From positions 704,001-768,000 of the forward strand of contig JBGANV010000003.1 of the NCBI GenBank assembly GCA_044222185.1: 64,000 nucleotides of DNA, written 5' to 3'. This DNA comes from Planctomycetota bacterium (GTDB taxonomy: Bacteria > Planctomycetota > GCA-002687715 > CAIWVZ01). The notes below the pieces were generated by a model. The model was not told the origin of the DNA, did not search any database, and saw only the letters and a list, made by a program, of their open reading frames with translations. Made by a program: the position numbers and the translations under genes. Below, piece after piece: positions 48,021 through 55,712 of the stretch; the first letter of the stretch is position 1, and every line of letters starts with the position of its first letter.

Positions 48021-49010
48021 ATGGCGATGGACGAGAGCCCGCTCGCACGGCTTCGGCGGCTCGAGGGCGAGAGTACGCTGAACCGCGCCCCACCCCGGCC
48101 CCCGGGCAGCGGCGCACCTGGGCCCGGGCCGAGCCGGAGGAAGGGCGGCGTGCTCGGCGGGATCGGCGCCGTCATCCTCATCGTCCTCGTCAAGAGCAAG
48201 ACCCTGCTCCTGCTGCTGGTGACGAAAGGCAGCGCGATCCTCTCACTGCTCAAGGTGGGGAAGCTCTTCGCCACGCTGGCGACGATGGGCATCTCCATCG
48301 TCTACTACACGGAGCGCTGGGGCGCGAAGTTCGCCGCGGGATTCGTCGGCCTCATCCTCGTCCACGAACTCGGCCACGGTGCCGCCGCCAAGATCGTGGG
48401 ACTGCGCGTCGGGGCGCCGATCTTCATCCCGGGCTTCGGAGCGTTCATCTCGCTCAAGGAGCAGGTGCGTTCCACGTGGCAGAACTTCGTGATCGGGTAC
48501 GGCGGGCCGCTCGCCGGGACCCTGGGCGGCACGCTCGTGCTCGCCGCCGGGATGATGTCCGGCGATGACGAGGTCGTGAGTTTCACGCGCGCGCTCGCCG
48601 AGCTCACGTTCATCATCAACCTGTTCAATCTCCTGCCGGTCTTTCACCTGGACGGCGACCGCATCTCCGAGCCTTTGAAGACGCGCCACTGGATCACGGG
48701 GCTCGCGGCGACGTCCGTGATCGTGCTGCTGCAAGGCGCCCCAGCCGCGGACTCCGAGCGAGGCCATCCGGAGTTCGGGTTCGTCCTCCTCATCCTGATC
48801 CTGGGGGTGGTGAAGGCGATCCTCGTGCATCGCCGCGCCTCACATCCGGCGACGGTCCGGCTCGTCGATCGACTGAACGAGGCGGCTCCGGCACCGCTGC
48901 TGGAGGAAGCGACGGTCAGCGACCAACAGCGGACGATCGCCGCGCTGTCCTACTTCGGGCTCGTCGTACTGCTCTCGGCGCTCGCGCGAGCCGCAGCGCC
49001 GTACGTGTGA
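48021..49010 (+). CDS. Site-2 protease (M50 family)
   Basis: LVHELGH, FIPGFGA, GGPLAG, NLFNLLPVFHLDG. Confidence 0.92.
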   Translation: MAMDESPLARLRRLEGESTLNRAPPRPPGSGAPGPGPSRRKGGVLGGIGAVILIVLVKSKTLLLLLVTKGSAILSLLKVGKLFATLATMGISIVYYTERWGAKFAAGFVGLILVHELGHGAAAKIVGLRVGAPIFIPGFGAFISLKEQVRSTWQNFVIGYGGPLAGTLGGTLVLAAGMMSGDDEVVSFTRALAELTFIINLFNLLPVFHLDGDRISEPLKTRHWITGLAATSVIVLLQGAPAADSERGHPEFGFVLLILILGVVKAILVHRRASHPATVRLVDRLNEAAPAPLLEEATVSDQQRTIAALSYFGLVVLLSALARAAAPYV

Positions 49011-49065
49011 CGTCAGACCCTGCGGATGCGCGCTTTGGGTCCTGCCCGATCGACGCGCAGTCGCG

Positions 49066-50517
49066 TCACTTCAACGCCTCGAAGAGCGCGCGTGCAGCCT
49101 CGCGAGCGACGAAGCGGTTGCCGGCCGGCGTGAGATGAACGCCGTCGCTCGTGAGCACACCCGCGGCGGCATCCTTCGCGTTGAAGACGCGCAGGTGATC
49201 CTGGAACGCGCGGCGGAGGTCGCAGACGTGGAGGTGGCGCTCCGCGGCCACACGGCGCGTGATCGCGGCATAGGTGTCGAGCGCCGCATCCAGGTCGTTC
49301 GTGCCCGCACGTTTCTCGCCGATCACCGACGGGGTGGCGAGGATCGGGACGGCGCCCGAGGCTTCGAGCCTCGAAACCAGGTCGCGCAGTCCAGACTCGA
49401 ACTCGTTCTCGGGAGTGCCCCGGCCCTGTAGCCGATGCCACACGTCGTTGATTCCGATGTAGACGAACACGACCGTGGCCCCGCGGTCGATGACGTCGTG
49501 CTGGACACGCGCAAGCAGGTTGGGCACGCGGTTGCCGCTCACGCCGGCTCCGATGACCTGGACGCCGAGGTCCGCATGCGCAGCGAAGGCCTCGGAGATC
49601 AGCGTGACGTATCCGCCGGGCCCGGCGCCGCTCTCGGTGATCGAATCGCCGAGGAATGCGATCTTCGCGCCCTTCTTCACGGGAGAGTGCGCGCCGGTGA
49701 GGAGCCCGAGCGCGCGCGCCACTCCCCCGTCTTCAGGCCGCCGCTGTCCGAACATCCACGGGATCACCCCGCCCTCGCCGTAGGCCTGACGCCACGAGTC
49801 GTGCCCGACGCTTGGAAGCTCCGTCAACCGCGCATCGCCGCCGGCGGCGTGGATCGCATCGACCATCTGACGCGAGCGCACGGGCCAGACGGTCTTGTCG
49901 TCCGAGCCGTGGAACGTCCACAGCGGCACGCCGACGAGCCGATGCGCCAGACGTTCATCGCCACCACCGCAGATCGGAGCGACGGCCGCGAACCACTCGG
50001 GATGACGGACCGCCAGATCCCACGAACCGAACCCGCCCATGCTCAATCCCGTGAGGTACACGCGGTCGAGGTCCACCGGGTTCTCGGCGATCGTGCGGGA
50101 GAGGCACTCGAGCGCGAGTTGCATGGGGAAGCTCGGCTCGGACGGCGCTGGCGTCGACACCTTCGCGTCCCAGGGAACGTCGACCCACTGCCGTCCCAAC
50201 GGACATTGAGGTGCGAGCACGAAGCACGGCCAATCGCGCCGCGCCTTCTCGCTGAGGAGCGGGCCTTTGATGTGAGTCAACGCCAGATCGGGGTCCGAGC
50301 CCCGCTCGCCCGCTCCATGCAGGAACATCACGAGGGGGTACCGACGGTTCGGTTCCAGCGCTGCGGGCGAAATCAGCACGTACGGGAACGTCTCACCGGC
50401 ATGCGGTCCGGCCTTCAACTGGATCGTGCGGCGTGACTCGGGCACCTGGGCCCGCGCGCGCATGGAAACCATGGCCATCGCCAGAAACGCGACCGCGAAC
50501 AGAGGGAGCAGGCGCAT
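49066..50517 (-). CDS. Secreted bifunctional alpha/beta-hydrolase esterase + SGNH/GDSL hydrolase
   Basis: FLHGAGERG, GLSMGG, FHGSDD, GHDSW; second domain FLGDSIT, GVSGN, IGIND, DGVH. Confidence 0.9.
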   Translation of the reverse strand: MRLLPLFAVAFLAMAMVSMRARAQVPESRRTIQLKAGPHAGETFPYVLISPAALEPNRRYPLVMFLHGAGERGSDPDLALTHIKGPLLSEKARRDWPCFVLAPQCPLGRQWVDVPWDAKVSTPAPSEPSFPMQLALECLSRTIAENPVDLDRVYLTGLSMGGFGSWDLAVRHPEWFAAVAPICGGGDERLAHRLVGVPLWTFHGSDDKTVWPVRSRQMVDAIHAAGGDARLTELPSVGHDSWRQAYGEGGVIPWMFGQRRPEDGGVARALGLLTGAHSPVKKGAKIAFLGDSITESGAGPGGYVTLISEAFAAHADLGVQVIGAGVSGNRVPNLLARVQHDVIDRGATVVFVYIGINDVWHRLQGRGTPENEFESGLRDLVSRLEASGAVPILATPSVIGEKRAGTNDLDAALDTYAAITRRVAAERHLHVCDLRRAFQDHLRVFNAKDAAAGVLTSDGVHLTPAGNRFVAREAARALFEALK

Positions 50518-50584
50518 GGCGTCCTCCTGGGTGGGGTGCGCCGACGACGGGGGGCAGGCGCCTTCCGCACACCCTCAAACAGCC

Positions 50585-50625
50585 GCGGGTTGATGCCGGC
50601 GCGGATCCGCGCGACACCAACCCGC
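50585..50625 (-). terminator. Hairpin immediately downstream of the tRNA
   Basis: GCGGGTTG...CAACCCGC arms enclosing the palindrome GCGCGGATCCGCGC. Confidence 0.45.
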
Positions 50626-50630
50626 TGAGA

Positions 50631-50703
50631 TAGCGGCGACAGGACTCGAACCTGTGACCCGGGGCTTATGAATCCCCTGCTCTACCAACTGAGCTACGCC
50701 GCC
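50631..50703 (-). tRNA. tRNA-Met(CAT), probably elongator; CCA not encoded
   Basis: Reverse complement GGCGGCGTAGCTCAGTTGGTAGAGCAGGGGATTCATAAGCCCCGGGTCACAGGTTCGAGTCCTGTCGCCGCTA folds as a cloverleaf. Confidence 0.95.
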
Positions 50704-50884
50704 GTTGTGTTGTCATCCCCCGACCTGCCGGTCATCCGGCCGCAGCGGGGACAGCGTTGTACGGCTCGACCCGACGAGCCTCAACCGATCGCGTGAGGGA
50801 TGTTCGCGGCCGCAGGACACGAAATCGAAACGATCGCCGGGGCGCGACATAAGTTCTCACGAGGTCGGATCGATATACAAAAAG

Positions 50885-51056
50885 CACGAGCTGCGGCCAA
50901 CCCGGCCCCCCCGGGATGCGACCGCGGCGGACCTCGATCAGCCTTCTCCATCGACACGCAACTGACTTCCCTTCCCTCCTCCGCCTGAACCCAAGATCGA
51001 GGTCTCATTCTTCCGGGCGCCCCCGACGCGACGTCGGTGGCGCCCGTCTTTTTTTC
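50885..51056 (+). ncRNA. Candidate small RNA or attenuator leader
   Basis: Three consecutive stem-loops ending in an intrinsic terminator, with no credible CDS upstream on this strand. Confidence 0.45.
51014..51055 (+). terminator. Rho-independent terminator
   Basis: CGGGCGCC-CCCGACG-CGA-CGTCGGT-GGCGCCCG stem followed by TCTTTTTTT. Confidence 0.8.
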
Positions 51057-51200
51057 TCCGCGTGCGTGCGAGTCAACGCCCGCGTCCGGGGAGAAAACTG
51101 GCGGTCGCCACGCGCGAAGATTGCGCCGCGTCCTCGCGATGGGGACCTGTAGGATCGCCACCGTTCGCCACGTCACCGAGCGACCTGAGGAAGTCACCCC

Positions 51201-52067
51201 ATGAGAATCGCATCGATCGGCACGCTGATGTGCCTCGTCATTTCAGCCCCCGCGCAGCAGGTCTGGCTGCCGAGCTCAGGCGGCAACGGCCACACCTACG
51301 AGGTCCGCGTCGTCCAGGGAGGCATCAGCTGGCTCGCCGCCTCGACGGACGCCATCGCGCGCAACGGGCACCTCGTGACGATCACGAGCGCGGCCGAGAG
51401 CGCCTTCGTCCTCTCGCTCGTGAACACACCGACCTGCTGGGTACCGAACCCGTACGGCTACAGCTTCGGACCGTGGATCGGCGCCTATCAGCTGCCCGGC
51501 TCCGTCGAGCCGAACGGCGGCTGGGTGTGGGTGACCGGCGAGCCCATGGTCTACACCAACTGGCTGCCCGGGCAGCCGAACAATTCGTGTGCGCCAGGCG
51601 AGGATCACGCGCACTTCATGGAGAACACGTACCCGGCGCGCGGGAACTCCTGGAACGACCTCGCCCCGGCTTCCTGCGGGATGCCGAGCGCCTACGTCGT
51701 CGAGTGGGACGTGAGCCTCGTCGTCGACCAGCCCCAAGGGCCCGGCACGCCCATCATCGTCACGAACCACGACCTGAACCTGGGAAGCGAGTACTTCAAC
51801 GTGTTCAGCACCGACGTGTGCGCGGGCACGGGAGCAGGGCCGTACCTGGGACTGTGCGCCAGCGGGGGCGCGGGACTTCAGCTCATTGCGCTGCAGGTCC
51901 TCGCGCCGCTGAGCACGCCGCCGTTCCACGTCCTGGCGACGTCGCCGTCGGCGTCATGGCCAGCCGTACCCAACGTCCCGCCGATCACGATCCAGGGCGT
52001 CTGCTTCGAGGTCGTCGGGGGCTCGATCGGTGAGACGTCCCGCGTCGTCACGTTCACCGTCTTCTGA
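51201..52067 (+). CDS. Secreted C-type lectin domain protein with the shared C-terminal domain
   Basis: GNGHTYE...ISW..A...GHLVTITSAAE...WIG...WVWVTGE...YTNW.PGQPNN...WND...YVVEW. Confidence 0.9.
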   Translation: MRIASIGTLMCLVISAPAQQVWLPSSGGNGHTYEVRVVQGGISWLAASTDAIARNGHLVTITSAAESAFVLSLVNTPTCWVPNPYGYSFGPWIGAYQLPGSVEPNGGWVWVTGEPMVYTNWLPGQPNNSCAPGEDHAHFMENTYPARGNSWNDLAPASCGMPSAYVVEWDVSLVVDQPQGPGTPIIVTNHDLNLGSEYFNVFSTDVCAGTGAGPYLGLCASGGAGLQLIALQVLAPLSTPPFHVLATSPSASWPAVPNVPPITIQGVCFEVVGGSIGETSRVVTFTVF

Positions 52068-52072
52068 CGCGG

Positions 52073-53101
52073 TCAGTTCTTCGCGTCGCCGATGAGCGTG
52101 ACCACCGGCGCATCACGCCCAGGCACCTTCAGCAGTTCCTGGGTCAGGCGCGCTTCGAACGTTGCGGCCCCGGCCTTCTTCTTGAAGCTGAACTCTGTTG
52201 GATCGCCGGGCTTCAACACGGGACCGTCAGGGAACGAGAACGGACGGGAGTCCGTACCAACGGATTTCCCGCCGACGTCCACGTGATTCACCGTTAGGAC
52301 GACGCTCCGTCCCGAGGACGCCGGCAGCGAGTGCCCGGCGTTCGAGGTCAACGTCACGACGACGTCGTCACCCTTGGTCTCGAGCTTCACGTCGACCGAG
52401 TCCGTGACCATGTCGCCCTGGCGCGCACCGGCGAATGTGTGCTTGCGACACTCGACGACGCCGATGGTGAACTCGTCCTTGATGTCGGAAGCCGTGACCA
52501 TTTTGCGCTGCACCGCGGGCATGTGACACGACTGGCACGTGTCCGTCGGCGCGCGGTTCTTGTTCGCGAGGAACGATGAGACCTGCTCGTGTTCCTTGCG
52601 CGCCTCGGCCTGGCCGTGGCAGCTCGCACACACCTTCACTTCACGGAACTCCGGCGTGGGCTCGACGCCGCCGTGGCCCGGACTCTTGAACGGGCCGTGG
52701 TAGCGGTTGCCCTTCATGTGGCACGTGACGCAGTTGACGCCGAGTTCGCGGTCGTTGACGCGACCCTTGGGGAGCGCGCCGAGGCCCGCATCCATCACTT
52801 CACGCGGCGCGTGGCAGCGGGCGCAGCTCGCGCCCTTGTCCTCGAGCGTCGCGATCGCAGCCTGAAACACCGGGTTGTCCCACGATTTCGAGTGCTGGGA
52901 CGACGACCATTCGTTGAAGTCGTCGGCGTGGCACTTCTTGCAGCTCGTCACGAGCGTCTTCATGTTCGAACGCTCCGTGTCCTGGAAGGGATCGACGAAG
53001 CCGTCGAGGCCGTCGCGTGCGGACGAACCGTCGAGTGCGCTCGAACCGAAGAACGCCAGCGCGATGGAGGCAGAGGCTGCAAGCAGAAGCTGTCGCATCA
53101 T
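52073..53101 (-). CDS. Secreted pentaheme c-type cytochrome (c554-like)
   Basis: Five CxxCH motifs: CKKCH, CARCH, CVTCH, CASCH, CQSCH; W..S.H motif; NAGHSLP. Confidence 0.9.
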   Translation of the reverse strand: MMRQLLLAASASIALAFFGSSALDGSSARDGLDGFVDPFQDTERSNMKTLVTSCKKCHADDFNEWSSSQHSKSWDNPVFQAAIATLEDKGASCARCHAPREVMDAGLGALPKGRVNDRELGVNCVTCHMKGNRYHGPFKSPGHGGVEPTPEFREVKVCASCHGQAEARKEHEQVSSFLANKNRAPTDTCQSCHMPAVQRKMVTASDIKDEFTIGVVECRKHTFAGARQGDMVTDSVDVKLETKGDDVVVTLTSNAGHSLPASSGRSVVLTVNHVDVGGKSVGTDSRPFSFPDGPVLKPGDPTEFSFKKKAGAATFEARLTQELLKVPGRDAPVVTLIGDAKN

Positions 53102-53151
53102 GGTGAGGCGCGGATCTTACCGCGGAGACGGCGGGGAGCGCGCAGCGGAGG

Positions 53152-54177
53152 TCAGAACGTGCGGTCGACGGCTGCCGCGATGGCGCGGAGCGACGGCATC
53201 AGGTTCTGGAGTTCGTCACTCGTCAGCGCCTGGCGTCCGTCGGAGAGTGCCTCGTCCGGTTCCGGGTGACTTTCGATGAGCAACCCATCGGCGCCAGCCG
53301 CGACGGCCGCGCGCGCCGCCGACGGAACGAGCGTGGCGAGGCCCGTGGCGTGGCTCGGATCGGCGATGATCGGCAGGTGCGTGAGGCGCTCGAGCACGGG
53401 GATCGCGGCGACGTCGAGCGTGAACCGCGTGCGGTGCTCGAACGTCCGGATGCCGCGCTCGCACAGGACTACCTGGTCGTTGCCCTCGGCGAGGATGTAC
53501 TCGGCAGCGGAGAGGAACTCGTCGATCTCCGTCGCCATGCCCCGCTTCAGCAGCACGGGCTTGCGGCTCTGGCCGACGGCGCGGAGGAGGGGGAAATTCT
53601 GGATGCTGCGGGATCCGACCTGGAGCATGTCCGCGTAGCAGGAGACGAGCGGCACCTGCTCGGGCGACATCACTTCCGTGACGACGGGGATGTCGAGCTC
53701 GGCCGAGACTTCGGCGAGGAGCTTCAGGCCCTCCTCACCCAAGCCCTGGAACGAGTAGGGCGACGTCCGCGGCTTGAACGCACCGCCGCGCAGCATGCGG
53801 CCGCCCGCCGCTTTCACGGCGCGCGCGACCTCGAAGATCTGTTCACGTGACTCGACGGCGCACGGGCCTGCGATGAGCACCACTCGCCGCCCGCCGAACA
53901 CGACGTCGCGCACCCGGACGAGGGTGTCCTCGGCATGAAACTCCCGCGCGGCGAGCACGTAAGGCAGGTCCGCCTGGACCACGCCACGGACGCCCGGGAA
54001 CTCGTCGAAGCGCAAGGCGTCACCGCGGGTGGAAGGCCTGCCGGCCGGAACCCGAACCACGGTCGCGGCATGAGCGCGGGTGACCGAGGGTTCGAACCCG
54101 AACCGCTGGGCCTCGCGCACCACGGCACCGACCTGTGTTTCCGAGGCTCCGCCCTCCAGGACGACGATCATTCGCAT
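53152..54177 (-). CDS. aroF: DAHP synthase type I-beta with N-terminal regulatory domain
   Basis: IAGPCAVES, LRGGAFKPRTSPYSFQGLG, LLKRG, LCERGIRTFE, DPSH, ALSDG.Q. Confidence 0.96.
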   Translation of the reverse strand: MRMIVVLEGGASETQVGAVVREAQRFGFEPSVTRAHAATVVRVPAGRPSTRGDALRFDEFPGVRGVVQADLPYVLAAREFHAEDTLVRVRDVVFGGRRVVLIAGPCAVESREQIFEVARAVKAAGGRMLRGGAFKPRTSPYSFQGLGEEGLKLLAEVSAELDIPVVTEVMSPEQVPLVSCYADMLQVGSRSIQNFPLLRAVGQSRKPVLLKRGMATEIDEFLSAAEYILAEGNDQVVLCERGIRTFEHRTRFTLDVAAIPVLERLTHLPIIADPSHATGLATLVPSAARAAVAAGADGLLIESHPEPDEALSDGRQALTSDELQNLMPSLRAIAAAVDRTF

Positions 54178-54397
54178 CGTCCTTTCATGGCGAGTTCATG
54201 GGGGCGGCAAACCGCGGTGTGAGACATCCGGACCCGTCGAGACATTCGGCGGGATGTTAGCTGCGAGGTCCCTCTGTTCAACGCGGCGCGGCGCGGGCGA
54301 GACGGCCCGACCCGACCGCGCCCGTCGAAGGTTCGCCGGGCTGAAGCAATACGGCGCGGTGGCGGCCGTCCCGAGGGCGACGGCGCCAGCCACCGGA

Positions 54398-55705
54398 TCA
54401 GACGTGGGGCCGCGTCAGGTTCCGATGCCCGGTCGCGGTGACGACGACGTTGTCCTCGATGCGGATTCCGCCGAACGGCGCCAGGCGCTCCACGAGTCGC
54501 CAGTCGATGCTGGCCGCGTCCTTTCCCGTGCGATAGGGCCGAAGGAGCATCTCGATGAAGTAGAGGCCCGGCTCGATCGTGAAGACCTGACCCTCGGTGA
54601 TCGTCCGGGTCGTCCGGAGGTAGGGGTACTGCGGCGGCGGTGCGACGGTCCCGCCTTCGGGCCCCTTCTGGCGTCCGCTCACGTCGTGCACCTGGATTCC
54701 GAGGAAGTGACCCACGCCGTGAGGGAAGAACGGCGCCGTGAGGCCCCGTGCCACCGCCTCCTCGCCCCCCACTTTCAGGATGCCGTGTGTGTGCAGCAGG
54801 TCCCCGATCACGCGATGCGCCGCGTCCTGGATCGCGACGTAAGACAGCCCGGGCTTCACCATCGCGCAGAGCTGCTTCTGCAACGCGTCGACGCCAGCGA
54901 CGAGCGCGCGGAACGTCGGGTCACAGGCCGTCGTCGTCCACGTCCGCGTGATGTCCGAGCCGTAGCCGAGCCATGAGGCACCGCAGTCGATGAGGAGGAC
55001 TCGCCCGTCCCGCTTCGTCCGCTTCACGGTGTAGTGAAGCGTCGCGCCCTTCTCGTCGAGGGCGACGATCGTCTCGTAGGGGAGCTCGTGATCGACGCAG
55101 CCCACACCCGTCATGTACGCGTGGTGGATCTCGAGCTCGGAGGCTCCGGTGTCGAAGGCGGCCTTGGCCGCCGCGTGTCCACGAGCGGCGCGTCGGGTCG
55201 CCTCCTCGAGGCACGCGACTTCGTAGGGAGTCTTGGTGCTGCGATCCCAATCGAGACGCGCCGTCAACGCCGCCGGATTCACGTCGCCCTCCGCGACTCC
55301 GTTCGCCAGCGCCTTCGCGGGCGAAGCGCCGATGGCCGCGACGCGGCCGCTGCCACGCACGGCCTTCCAGCCCTCGTCCTCCGTCTTCACCTCGACGACG
55401 TCGAACGCGCCCGCCCAGAACGGGCTGCCGAGCGGCGACTGCTCGTACCAGTAGTCGTCCGGCGCGAACCGCACGAGGCGCGGCTGCTTGCCCGGCCGGA
55501 TCGACAAGAGGTGGAACGGTCCCGTCATGGGCACCCAGTGCGCGAAGTGCGGCGTCGCGCGATGCGGCGCGCCCTGGTCGTCGGCGAAGTACGTGAACGG
55601 CGTGCCGCTCGACAGGATGAGTCCGTCATAGCCGCACGCGGCGAGCGCCGCCTCGGCCTTCGACTGCCGTTCGGTCACGTGGGCTGGGTAGAGGGATTCG
55701 AGCAT
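54398..55705 (-). CDS. pepQ: Xaa-Pro dipeptidase (prolidase)
   Basis: LIDCGA...SDITRT, FFPHGVGHFLGIQVHDV, FTIEPGLYF, GGIRIEDNV. Confidence 0.93.
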   Translation of the reverse strand: MLESLYPAHVTERQSKAEAALAACGYDGLILSSGTPFTYFADDQGAPHRATPHFAHWVPMTGPFHLLSIRPGKQPRLVRFAPDDYWYEQSPLGSPFWAGAFDVVEVKTEDEGWKAVRGSGRVAAIGASPAKALANGVAEGDVNPAALTARLDWDRSTKTPYEVACLEEATRRAARGHAAAKAAFDTGASELEIHHAYMTGVGCVDHELPYETIVALDEKGATLHYTVKRTKRDGRVLLIDCGASWLGYGSDITRTWTTTACDPTFRALVAGVDALQKQLCAMVKPGLSYVAIQDAAHRVIGDLLHTHGILKVGGEEAVARGLTAPFFPHGVGHFLGIQVHDVSGRQKGPEGGTVAPPPQYPYLRTTRTITEGQVFTIEPGLYFIEMLLRPYRTGKDAASIDWRLVERLAPFGGIRIEDNVVVTATGHRNLTRPHV

Positions 55706-55712
55706 GGCTGTC

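Noticed and set aside
50631-50703. tRNA as the attachment site of an integrated element
   Set aside because: No integrase and no duplicated tRNA 3' end seen in the window.
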